NCBI GenBank assembly: GCA_010909165.1
Contig: VJWM01000025.1
Coordinates: forward strand, 620,001-684,000
Reading direction: 5' to 3'
Length of the DNA stretch: 64,000 bases
Source of the DNA: Anthoceros angustus
Lineage: Eukaryota > Plantae > Anthocerotophyta
Each line of letters starts with the position of its first letter. The first letter of the stretch is position 1. A program made the translations under genes and the position numbers. The notes below the pieces were generated by a model, which saw only the letters and a list, made by a program, of their open reading frames with translations, made no database searches and was not told the DNA's origin. Shown piece by piece: positions 1 to 11,677 of this stretch.

Positions 1-14
1 TTCTCTGTACTGCT

Positions 15-2074
15 GTTAGAGAGGAAGGTGACTAACCCTTAGATGATATAGGTCATCATTTTAAGATCACCGGTGGCAATTAGATCGCCTTGAGGGGTTT
101 CAATGATGTACATTGCCAAAACAAACATAACATCCTGCTTGATCAACTTTTGACGGAAAAGAGGTTTTTGTTAGTCCAGAACTAAGAGGACATCCGAAAT
201 CTGCGGTGGAGTGTGGTTACTGCGAGAGCAATGGAGCCATGGCTGTAATATGATGTTTGGTGTTATCTCCAAGGCTGACAAAGTTGGGTTGTGCTGTAGG
301 TGTAACTTTGGTAAAATACTCCCTATGGGGGTCATGTCTTTGAGGCTCCGAATCAATATACAGCGTGTTCGCCTTGGTGATAAGCAAGAGGCTACTAGTG
401 CTAATGGTGTGCTAGTGCCCGGAGGATTGTGGCTAATTTGGGCAAGGAAAGCTTTAGTGTGTTTCGCATTGTTAGGGCCAATGGGCGGGGCTAGCTGTCT
501 ATGGGAATTGGAGGATGCTAACACTTGGCATTCTTCATAGATGTGGCGGTATTTTGCGGTACCATACGGGCTTCCAAGCGGTTGTAGATCCCTCCGCCAC
601 GGTTGAGTAAGTGCCACGTCCTCTGTTGATGCCTCTCATGTTTCCTCTGAAGTGTCCTCGTCCGCGCCTCTGTCTCCCTCGGCTGTGAAAGCGGAGGATG
701 GCTCTCCGGCATGAGCAAAACTTTCCGCGTCCTTTTGATGGCATTGCTGATAACTTTGTTGATTAGAGGTTTGATGCCTTGGAGGCTTTGTCGACGCTCA
801 CCCATGATTCGTAATGTGGATAGCGTGATTGCTTCTAGGAGCTCCTCGGGATATTGAATCCAAGAGCACGGAATTTAATGATCCACGGAAAACCATGGCA
901 TGGTGATCAACATGGTCACCTTCGGACATTCAAGGTGAGGTAGCTTTTGATTGTATGTATAGTATGCATGATATCATGGGCGTCATATATCTCATGGAGC
1001 CGGGTCCATGCTTAATTCTTGTGTGTTGATCATCTCCTTCATTCTCTGCAAATGCATATGCCCAAGCCGGGCGTACAAAGGAAGGTCCGATTTTGTTTCT
1101 CTATGTCGTTAGAGAGGAAGGGTGACTAACCCTTAGATGATATAGGTCATCATTTTAAGATCACCGGTGGCAATTAGATCGCCTTGAGGGGTTTCAATGA
1201 CGCATGGCCATTGCCAAAACAAACATAACATCCGCTTGATCAACTTTTCGAAAAAGAGGTTTTTGTTAGTCCAGAACTAAGAGGACATCGAAATCTGCGG
1301 TGGAGTGTGGTTGCACATCGAGAGCAATGGAGCCATGGCTGTAATATGATGTTTGGTGTTATCTCCAAGGTGACAAAGTTGGTTGTCTTTGTAGGTGTAA
1401 CTTTGGTAAAATATTCCCTATGGGGGTCATGTCGAGGCTCCGAATCAATATACAGCGTGTTCGCCTTGGGTAAGCAAGAGGCTACTAGTGCTAATGGTGT
1501 GCTAGTGCCCGGAGGATTGTGGCTAATTTGGGCAAGGAAAGCTTTAGTGTGACATGGTTAGGGCCAATGGGCGCGTCTATGGAATTGGAGGATGCTAACC
1601 GCCATGCATTCATAGATGTGGCGGTATTTTGGACCCGACACGGGCTTCCAAGCGGTTGTAGATCCCTCCGCCACGGTTGAGTAAGTGCCACGTCCTGATG
1701 CCTCTCATGTTTCCTCAAGTGTCTCGTCGCGCGCCTCTGTCTCCCTCGGAAGAAAGCGCCGGAGGATGGCTCGATGAGCAAAACTTTCCGCGTCCTTTTG
1801 AAGCATTGCTGATAACTTTGTTGATTAGAGGTTTGATGCCTTGGAGGCTTTGTACGACGCTCACCCATGATTCGTAATGTGGATAGCGTGATTGCTTCTA
1901 GGAGCTCCTCGGGATATTGAATCCAAGAGCCTGAATTTAACTTCCACTGGAAAACCATGGCATGGTGGTCAACATGGTCACCTTCGGACATTCGGCCGAG
2001 GTAGCTTTTGATTGTATGTATAGTATGCATGATATCATGGGCGTCATATATCTCATGGAGCCGGGTCCATGCTT
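15..2074. repeat. ~1.06-1.09 kb tandem duplication inside copia-1 (15-1013 vs 1108-2074)
   Basis: GTTAGAGAGG at 15 and 1108, CCGGGTCCATGCTT at 1000 and 2061. Colinear between, differing mainly by small indels. Confidence 0.9.
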
Positions 2075-2939
2075 CGGCCGTGGTGTCCCTCCGTAGCATG
2101 CCTTGTTTCATACTGCATGAGCACGTTTTAGCTTGATTATTGTCCTCCCATTGATCTTTCTCTAGTTGTGTTCTGTAGGGTTGGGGATGGGGATGGGTGG
2201 ATTTCACTCGCCTCGTAACCCGAGCTTGCGCTCTTCGGGATATTAGTGATACGAAATTTCCGGATGGGGAAATTGTGTTGTCGATCAAATTTGTCCTCCT
2301 TGGACGGGGAAAGGTGGGAGGTAGACATGTTGGGACAGTTTTTAATTTGATGGAGTGTTTAATGGTGATGAGTGCTCCTAAGGAGGCAATTGATGTGTAT
2401 TTGGAGAGTGATCACATGTATAGTTTCTGCAGGTGTTAGAATTAGTTTCTGTGTGTGTTTCTAGACCTTGTAAATTCTGAATTATCTGATTTTGAAATTC
2501 CTCTATTTCGATTGTGGAGGAAGAATGTACAGGTTGTCGAGGAGCCGGGCACGATAGAAGGCTATGTTGCCTACATAGGTTTTGTAGGCTCGTGATCAAT
2601 GTTTCTCTTATTCGTGCAGGGTTGAGTGGTGTGTGAACTTCAACCGTGGTGGTGAATTGCCTTTATCATTGTGAGTTTGGTGGCCTTTCTATGAATAGAA
2701 AGGAGATTTCTACGTAGGCCCAATCATACTCCTGTGGGTCGTAAAAGCCACGAAATGAAAGTTCTTCTCCTATGATCAGAAGCACGGAACATGTTCGAAT
2801 CCATGCGTAAGCCCACAGGTTTTCTCTTGCCTCCTTGAGGTATGAATTCTCACGGTTATTTCTTTTCCATTCTTGAAGGTCTGCCTGCCTAGCTGTGCGC
2901 CGTTGGCTGGGCATGATACCATCACTGGCTCTGATACCA

Positions 2940-3146
2940 TGTGACGATTATGGTGCGACAGATGCATCAGAATCCGATAGATGGGCAATTCATGGTAGAG
3001 AACACAATGTAGTGTATCAGGACTGAGCCAGAATGTAAAGGAGGAGAATAACTGCCAGTTCGTGACGCTTCGCCCAAATGTCGGTTCAGGTTTTCAGGCT
3101 TAAAAACGAAACGTGCTCTAAGGGCTTGAGTGCTACAACTTCAACA
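2940..3146 (-). repeat. 5' LTR of copia-1 (~207 bp)
   Basis: Starts TGTGACG right after the PBS and ends TCAACA. PPR sequence (CTCGCATCTGCC, matching 13699, 24208, 40020) resumes at 3147. Confidence 0.85.
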
Positions 3147-4626
3147 CTCGCATCTGCCGAAAGATCTGCAAAGCTCTTTCCCCTCTGCTCTGTCGAGCAT
3201 ATGAAGACAGCATTGCATTCCATGAAACTACATTGCACTGAGCAAGTCCATGAAATGCTTCCTCCGCATCAGCAAAGCTCCCACACTTTGCATACATACT
3301 CACCAGTGTGTTGCCAAGAAACGTGTCGGACACAAACCCTCTTCTGACAGCTTCAGCATGTAACTTTCTTCCCACTTTCAAGGCTTCCAGCTTCACTTTC
3401 TCCCCATCCACAAACGTGATTTCCTCCTTTTCTGCCATGCTGCCACATGCTTGAAGGGCACTGACAAACGTCCGTGCATCCGGCTTAACTCCAGCCTGAT
3501 GCATCTCACGAAATGCCCTCATTGCCATTTCCCCATGTCCCTGCTGTGAGTATCCGGCAAGCATCACATTCCATGCCACCACGTCTCGCTGGGACAAGCC
3601 ATCAAACACCTGCCGGGCATCCACTATGCTCCCACACTTGGCGTACATGTCAACCAAACTAATCCCAACAATCCCATCCGAGTCCAGCCCACATGCCACA
3701 ACTTGAGCATGAATCCGCCTACCCTCCTCCAGGTCTTCCAATCTGCTGCATGCCTTGAGTAAGCTGATAGCCCTGCCGTCTTCTTGCATAGCCCTGTAGG
3801 GTTGAAGAGCCTCCTGGCCCATGCCCTGCTGGGAATACCCTGCTATCATGGCATTCCATGTCACCACAACCTTCCGACCAAACCCATTGAACACTCTCTG
3901 AGCATCCTCTAAGCTGCCACACTTCGTATACTGACCAAACTGTTGGCTACGAATGACAGCAGATTCATATCCTCGTTCCCTAAGTTGTGCATGAAGATGC
4001 TTCCCTTCTCCAACGCCAGGTGCTTACACTTGCACACGCCTGCAGGAGACACAAAAGTCACAGAACCAGGTGCTACGATGCCTTCATACTGCATAGCACT
4101 GTGGAGACGAAGGGCCTCATCCCCCATGCCCCGTTGGGAATACCCTCCTATCATGGCATTCCAGGTTATTATATATCTTTGTGACCAAGTCCTTCAAAAA
4201 CTCTCTGCGCATTCTCCAGCTGCCACACGTCCACCAAGCCTGCTTGTCTTCTCCATGTTTTAACATGCGCAGAGATGATGGCAGCCCACGTGAAGGCATC
4301 TGGATTGGACACCAGCTCAAACCCATCCCTCGCGTCTTGCAACCTGCCATGAGAAGCATACATCGCAGGATGTGGAAGCCCAGGAACGTGTTTGACTGGT
4401 ACCCGTTTCTCACAGCGAAAGCATGGACCCGGCTACCCAGAACAAGATCCCTGTTTACCACACATTTCTTCAGCACAGTATAAAGGAGAGATTTTGGAAT
4501 ACGACGGTCTGTCTGCACCATAGGTTCCAGAGACTCGACGGCCTGACTGAGATCAACATTATGACATAGTTTGCTCACGGATTCAGCAGAAATGCCCCCA
4601 TCGTCACGTGCAGGGCAACGACCCAT
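3147..4626 (-). pseudogene. Chimeric PLS-class PPR gene (B 5' + A 3'), disrupted by copia-1 insertion
   Basis: ORFs 4117-4626, 3909-4154 and 3133-3894 give L/S/P motifs (VTWNAMIAGYSQQG, LVDMYAKCGS). Truncated at 3147 by the LTR. Confidence 0.85.
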
Positions 4627-5501
4627 TCCTGCTTGCGCGCATCAGCCCAAGCTGGCTGGTGCAAACTGCTTAACCAGAGGACATCTTGTCACTGCCTATT
4701 CCAGCCGGAACATCCACCTGGACGGGCTGGCTCCCTTACAGAGGTGCTGCAACCACCGAGTCCCACTGCCAGCACTTGTCTCCTTGAAGTCAGGCCAGCA
4801 GCAGATCTTCCTACAGCCCCTCAACCCACAACTTCGTTGGGTGCACATAAGCTGTGGCAACAACGGGTCCCCTTGCCCTCTGCGTGACTCCAACGCCACG
4901 CTCCGGACAACCATGGTTCACAGGAGCACAGGGTGCGCCTGTGGAAGCAGCAGGAGGCTGCCAGGAGTTGTGCATCCTTGCTTGCTTCACAGGATTTCGG
5001 TTGCTGGCAATATTTCAGAATCCGGGAGTTTTCCTTGTTTTCTCACCTACAAGATGGCCTATACCAGACAGGCCCCATTACGGAGAAGGCACATCAGACA
5101 TGATCTCTTGCCATGCTCCATTCGCATTGGCAGTGCACTGGAAACACAAGTTCCTCCATAACACTCCCTGTCCGAGCATCTTCTGCAAACTTGGCAGAGA
5201 ATGATGGTGAAAAAGAATCACATTATGGGTAATGGAAGGCTATTTTTCTACCGGAGTTCAGAGTCCTCGAAGGGCAAGCCCCAAAGGCATGGTGCTTCAA
5301 TACACACCTAACGTGGTCAGAGATGGTGTGAAGCTGCACCGTTGTTACCGTGGAATCCATGACAATGAAACTACATGTCCAAGCTACAGCAACAGTGTCC
5401 TGATGCTAAAGCACAAGCCAAACATGTAGAATATTCGCTAGTGCAATCCCTCCAGGGATAATCTCTGAGAACAAAGGGAAGAACAGAAGGGGTTCATCTC
5501 A

Positions 5502-6470
5502 TCAGTACATGGGCTCCTCAGGATCCATCACACACCCAGGGTCAGGGTCCACCACACATCCAGGGTTAGCCTCCGAGTTCTTAAGAGTTTCATCCACCTT
5601 GCTTTCTTCTTCTGGAAAAGCAACGCTAGCTCGAAGACCTTTTTGTTCGTGATACGCCCTCTTCCAGATCTCTGCCATCCAGTACTTGTGGCGAGCCTTG
5701 GCGCGATGCATCCGAGCTAGATACTTGGCCGTCAAACCCGCAGTGGGAAACTCTGCCTCCAAGTCCGCCAAGATTTGCTCCGCAAGCACTCAAGATTGAA
5801 CCTGGCGTGCGCATGCTGACTGCAGATGCTACCAGAGGACTAGTCCACCATATAAAGGGGTCTCTGTGGATGAATTGAAGATGACCAAATGGTCACCTCC
5901 AACACAAAGGGTCACTGAGTCACGTTCAGTGGGAGGAAGGGCCCTGCCGTCAATGATCATCCACTGGTCGATCAACCTTAACGCTGAGCACTGTGAGATA
6001 TTGTGCAGTGTAGTTTGTGCAGGAGCACCCGGTGTACGTGCAAGCAAGCTTAGCGTCTCCTTCCGCACAAAGTCGCGACCTGAATGAGCCCCTGGGCTGG
6101 GGCCTTGCACCTCACAATTACGCAGAACACACGCATGAGGCCGATCGAGGCCACTATATCCTCAACATGGCCATGATTTTCTCCATACGTTTCTGCCGCC
6201 CACCTCACTTCTGAGCAGGAGGGAAAAGAAGATTTTGAACCTCTAACACGACCTCGAATAGATGTACATAGGTGCAGAGCACAAGCTTGCGCACAGGCTA
6301 ATTCCCGCCGTTGTGATCCGGAAGGAAAGGGTCATACATCTGATGCCAAAGATCAATAAAAAGTCTGCAAGCTTCCGTCCAAAATTTATGGCCAGCCTAG
6401 CGCTCACTATGCATGTGGTCTACGGAAGAAAGCTCGCGAACTGTACTGATACGTGACTTCCTAAACTAGC
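5502..6470 (-). pseudogene. Unidentified decayed ORF (~300 aa when stitched), copy 1
   Basis: Protein-like frames ...AGHKFWTEACRLFIDLWHQMYDPFLPDHNGGN*PVRKLVLCTYVHLFEV... and ...DPFIWWTSPLVASAVVHAHARFNLECLREQILADLEAEF...DPEEPMY, with TAG stops and frameshifts. Family not recognised. Confidence 0.4.
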
Positions 6471-6471
6471 C

Positions 6472-7754
6472 TTAATTCCAGCTGCCGAACTCCAGCCACG
6501 GATTCAGGCAGTGAAGGCTCTGCGTCACAAAACGCTTGTAGGGCCAGGAGGAAGCCACCTCCAAGCCCCGGGTGTTCGTCGCAAATCGACAGCCATTATC
6601 TTATCGAGCCCCTCTCGCTTGATGTATACTTGCGAATCCTGCCCCCACGACCTTGATATCGATGTCCAGGTGGCTCGGGAAACGTCTGCCATGGAAACGA
6701 GGAAGCATGGAAGCGGGCATGGTGTCCAGCACCGTCCAGGCCATGCTCGCGAAATCCATCTCCCAGATCTGCACAACAACTCCTTCCCCAGGACTACGCA
6801 TAAGAACCGGGCCGTGGAAGATGTCCTCACCTAGGACCACGCATAGCAGCCGGTCGCGCACGTTGATGAGGTTGCACTGCGCGATGTGGAAACGGAGAGG
6901 CGTGGACACGGCCATCCATTTCCAGCTGGCCCGCTCCAGGTCGTACGCCAGCAAATTGTAGTTCTCGGTGATGCAGTACAGCACGGACCTCACAAACACC
7001 GTCTGCGCCTGCGATCCCTCACCACGCAGGCTTCTGTCAAACACCTCGTTCAGGGCAAGGCGGTGGTAGTCACACTCCAGCTGCCCACCGCGGAATCGAA
7101 CACGAAGGTGGGCACGGGTCTGCGCATGTCCATGTTATCCATCTTGTTGCGTGTATCTTTGATGGCCACCAGCTTGAAGCAACGCGCCTTCACGTCAACG
7201 AACACGCCCAACACATCCTGGATCCACAGACCACCCGGGAGAGCCGGCAGCGAGGCCCAAGAGCGCGCCAACGGGTTGCCCAAGTGCGGGATGGTGACCA
7301 CGTCCCGCGCCCCTGCGTACGCGCGCACCTTATTGTGGACAGCAGCAGGCCGCCGCCGCCCTTCCCGACCCGCAGCGCCTCCATCATTTCCGGAACAGGC
7401 TGTGAAGCGTGGTGTTGCACCCGTAGCGGGAGTGGGAGTTGGTACCAACGGTTTGATCCAGGGTCGTAGACGCCGGAGGAAGCAGGAGGAGGTGCTGAAG
7501 CCTACTACCAAGAGCAGACAGTCCAGCGCTCCCGCTCGCAATTCCAAGCGCTCCCGCAACAAGGAGGGCGACACGGCGGCCGCATTCCAGGCTCTGCACA
7601 CCGCGCGCGTCCGCAACAAGCTCACCAGTGGCAGCCGAGCCTGAATCATGGTCTCAACGTCTCTAGGCAGCTCCAAGTCGCTGGATACAACGAATTCGTC
7701 ATCTGCATCTGCATCCATCTCGGGCCCTCGCACTCCGCCGTCTGCAATCACCAT
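6472..7754 (-). CDS. F-box protein with kelch/beta-propeller-like C-terminus, copy 1 (intronless, apparent frameshifts in homopolymers)
   Basis: F-box motif ELPRDVETMIQARLPLVSLLRTRAVCRAWN, then YDPGSNRW, NPLARSWASLP, FDSAVGSW, YDLERASW and WEMD repeats. Plausible C-terminus WRWLPP-PYKRFVTQSLHCLNPWLEFGSWN* ends at TAA 6472-6474. Confidence 0.85.
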
Positions 7755-7909
7755 CACCAGGGACCCTCGCTCAGCCTCCGGATCCGCCTGAGGACAACAC
7801 ACATACGCAGACCAACCTCTTAGACACTACCTATTGTGACAGGGTTGTAGGAGATAATACCCACATCACACGACAGTAATTCGATCACGGAATTGATATA
7901 TTGAATCAC

Positions 7910-7917
7910 TATATATA
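7910..7917 (-). promoter_or_regulatory. Putative TATA box of the F-box gene (also present in units 2 and 3)
   Basis: TATATATA ~156 bp upstream of ATG 7754, in an AT-rich stretch. Position only, no functional evidence. Confidence 0.3.
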
Positions 7918-8109
7918 GGCTCTGAATTTGCTATCATCTCGAGGACTATGCATTTAATCTCGATACATAGATCGATGGGCCGATCTATCCTGCTTACAAA
8001 ATTCACTCTCTTATCAATCCCATCCCTTGAGATGATTGAATACATGAGCTGATCATGCTTGTCACGGCGTGTGGTTGGGCTGATAATGTAGTCCATTTGA
8101 TGGGTGCAC

Positions 8110-9550
8110 CAGACTTCATGTGCAAATTAGATCAGAACGACATGAGATGCAGATAGAGAAGGGTAACCTCGCGCAGAGACCACACACGAGGGAGGCCAGC
8201 ACGCCCAGGTGCCCTCCTCGCAGATGGAACGATTCCAAAAGTTGTCGAAAGGTCATCTTCACGGGTCTGTCTGCGATATCTTCAACCAGGGAGTACTTCG
8301 TGTGTCCTTGGCTATGGGCGACAGCACTGATCCCTTCTTCCTCCGGCACTTGGGCTTGCCTGCAGCAGTTGCTGGGTTTTCAGCCTCCTTCATGATGACC
8401 TCTGGTCCAATCACATCAACCTCGCGTCGTTGTACTTTTGTCTTTCTCCGAGTTTCTCCCCTTCATCGATGGGCTCTTCATCTCGGAGCTTCTTGTCTTC
8501 GTCCACCACAGTTAGAATCCGTGTCCCTGGCATGCAGTCAGAGAACACTCCCCACCGTTTCATCCCCAGATGATTTCTGTGCCATCGTAACAAGCTGTTG
8601 GTTGTTCTTGGCAGGTCCTGCATTGGGCTTCTTAGTGTTTTTATTTCCGGTGCCCTGCTGAGGAAACTTTGGGCTTGATCAGTGCGTGTGTCCGGTTTCC
8701 TTGCACTTGGTGCAGGCGCCCTTCACGCAATAGCCTGAAGGAGTGGATGCCCTTGGTGCAAGTAGCTTAAGGCACATCATGGTACAAGTTGTTAAGTACC
8801 AAGTCCCATGACGGAAATCCGTCCTTAGTCGACTTAAATAAAATTCTTCTTCTTCTTCTTCTTAGCCCTTGGATAAAATGCAAGACTACTTTCTTTTGTT
8901 TCTCCCCTCATACCCCAACTTCTCATTTAGGACGCTCGTGCGGTCGATGTAGCTGACTAGAGTCTCATGGTCATCTTAATACAGGTCCAGGAGTTGGTTG
9001 TGACAGTCCCAGAAAAGGTTGGACTCAGAACTTCACCACAAATGCACAACATATTCCTGACCAGTCAACCTGGTTAGAACCCTTCAACTTCTCGCACCAT
9101 GCCTCAGCCCTTTCCTCTCAAGGAAGTGGGAAAGTACTTGAGGTACGTCTTCAGAGCTACCATGATCCTGACCTTCATAGCATTTTTGAAGCTCAACAGA
9201 TGTTCATCAGGATCATCAGCAGGAGTTCCAAAGAAAGCAGGAAAAGCAAGGAGCTCAAAGCACTTTTTATCTGATGACCTCGACATCCTATCTTTTCTAA
9301 GACTTGTCTAACTATACTCTCTATCTATTGGTGAGACCGTCTACCTTTGCCCACGAGCTCTGCGTACATTAGCCTGGTGGAGAGTCAACCACAGCGCTTG
9401 GTAAGCCAGGGGCATATGCTCAAAGCCAAGGGGCATATGCTCAAAGCCAAAAGGTACGAGAAGCACTTGTCGTGGCACTGGTTTCTGCACTGGCCTGATA
9501 CGGATTGGCTGATGTTTCCTAGCTCATCCAGACTGCTTTGACTCCTGTCT
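8110..9550 (-). mobile_element. Degenerate Ty3/gypsy gag remnant, copy 1
   Basis: DDPDEHLLSFKNA...FPTSLRGK is gag-like. YSLVEDIADRPVKMTFRQLLES resembles ITFGQLLKDNQ in the gypsy element at 62906-63151. Also (CTT)6 and a 20-bp GCATATGCTCAAAGCCAAGG doublet. Confidence 0.65.
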
Positions 9551-11677
9551 CATTCTCACAAAATCATAATACCACGGGTGATGCAGGATGAACCCCTCCG
9601 GGAGTTGGGGAGGGTACGTACATTGCTTCACGTCCCAAGCCTCAGCAACGAGTCCCACCGGGAGTGCCAAGCTGTTGGATATCGGGTAGGACTTGTAGGC
9701 CAGCCTGCTCTCGGCTGCCTAGCAGAAGTTATCGTTGTGGACCTAGCATTCGCGATGACACTGCGGCTAGGACCTACGCTCTTCCTCAAGATTGCTGGGA
9801 CGACTTGAAACTCTACACTCCTGCACTCAAGATGACATGTAGGAGTGGTCAAATACTGTAAATGACGGATGGAATGTTGATAGATAGGGCAAGGAAAGGA
9901 GGGCCTGTGCCCCGCTGCTTGACCTTCAGCAAGTGTGATCTGCAGGCTGGTGGTGAAGACAAATACACAAAACCGACGTTAGCACAACTAAAACGAGGAT
10001 TCCACAGCTGCAACGCATACTCAGTGCAACACTCAAACACAGGATGCCTTGCCTCGCAGGACTGACAAGAAGAGAGACAGGCCAGCAATTGCCTTCTGCT
10101 TTAGTCATGGCCAAACGGCCTACATATTTATTTGGTGGCCTTGCTACCAAGATCCAAGCCTACAGCTAGGCTGGTAATCGCAACCTCCACACAAAGTTGG
10201 ACTGACCCCTATCGCTTCCGACTCTCATGGCCAACCCCTATGTTTGGAGAGGGTTTCAGGTTGGGTGGGCAGGCAGGGCGTGAGTAGCTTCACGCGGTTG
10301 CTCCTACAGTTACGATGAATTATTTCAGTTGATACATGGTGCTCACCCTGCTAGGGGATCTTTGTCTTTTGGAGACAGTGACGGTTCATGCAAGCAGAGA
10401 GGGTTTGAAGACATCTGATCTCCCCGCATAAACTTAAGACTTGTCTTGGTCAATACTTGAGTCAGCACTTGGGAGAAGATTTCATGCATTTGGATGGCCA
10501 GGAGCCTTTCAAAGACTCACAGGAGTCCGCTTGTGCAGTCCTGCATTTGATCAGCGGTGCCCTGAATCGGATATCAGCTGCAATTGCATCTCGGCAGTCT
10601 TTCAGCTCTGGCTTCAATGTCTGAAAGTGGATTCTGTTGTAGGACAAGAATGTAATGTGGGCATGTGGGAAGAATCCAAATCAGTTCAAGGAAACAATCC
10701 AGTGCACTTTGAATGTCGCCGCCAAATCATGTCCCTCTCCCGATATCCGTTTACTCAGATTTGAATCTCCACTACATTTTGCACCGGCAGCAAGAACAAT
10801 ACGGTGGCTCCCGATTTGCGGTTGTGAGAGCTGATGAGCAGTTTGTTTGCGCCCATCAGCCAGTCGCTGTTTATGTATGGAGATCATCGGACTGCGATGG
10901 CTGCTCACCCATATCAACCACAGTCCACACCGAAACTACGGGAAGCGACGCCATTGGCATCAGTGTTCCCTAAGGCATCTACTCTGAAGATTTTCATGAA
11001 GCTGAAGCACGGACGAAATCATAGCACTTCAAAACCAGGACAATGTGGCATATGTGGCTTGATCATACCCTCTTCCGCCATGGAATTTCCTGGTTCTGGA
11101 ATTGTGAGCTGTCAATCTTTGACGTCTGATGTTTTCGCTTTGCGCAGCACACATTTAAATAAGGAGGAACTTTGGAACGCAGCAGTTTGGGTAGCGGCGA
11201 GGAGGCACCTTCCAAGCAGTCAAAAGAGAGCGAGGGGTGGGAAATTGTTTTGTTCAGGCTTGCATTGCAATGGGCACGCAGATTTGTTCTCCCATGATTC
11301 TATCACGGCACCTCTCCAGACACAGACAAGGAAAGGCAGTTGCCCATCACTACGTCATCCAGATCCCTTCGTCAGCGAGTGCAGCGCGCAGGCCTTCAGA
11401 AGACAAGCAAAGAGAACATGGTCAGCCAGAGTCAGCTCCTCCAGACAGGCGTCATGCTTGTCTTCTAATAAAGGTGATAGCGGTAATACGAATTCCCAAA
11501 CCCCGGTGACGTAGTTTCGCTCTGAAGTGCCGCTGATCGAGAGCAGGACGGCCATCAGCGCACGGCAGGTGGGACTTCTTAGCTCTTAGAGTAGCTCAGA
11601 CTCTTGACAATTTTTTGCAAGATCCTCGAGGATGGAGTTGGTTTGGAAGTTTGCGGAAACCTCCATGGAACCTGCTG

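Larger units (their letters stand above)
1..3146 (-). mobile_element. Ty1/copia LTR retrotransposon (copia-1), 5' part: LTR, PBS, gag, protease, GAG-pre-integrase; continues beyond left edge
   Basis: PBS GCTCTGATACCA at 2928-2939 (TGGTATCAGAGC on minus, tRNA-iMet type) abuts a TG...CA LTR. ORF 1491-2288 is copia-gag-like (AEAWTRLHEIYD...RMSEGDHVDHH). Protease-like ISDVLLV..LTKNL and RLGHMH (pre-integrase) motifs near 1030-1300. Many frameshifts. Confidence 0.9.

Noticed and set aside
6020-6080. XPG/PIN nuclease-like motif (AEGDAKLAC)
   Set aside because: Short resemblance in one of several frames. No other acidic catalytic motifs could be aligned.
6886-7644. Long plus-strand ORFs opposite the F-box and PPR genes (e.g. 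6886-7644, 13302-13898, 4571-5161, 10834-11514)
   Set aside because: Mostly antisense shadows of GC-rich coding sequence. No recognisable domains, and lengths vary between copies through indels.
7967-7988. ATAGATCG...CGATCTAT hairpin as an ncRNA or terminator
   Set aside because: The stem is only 8 bp, expected by chance, with no other support.
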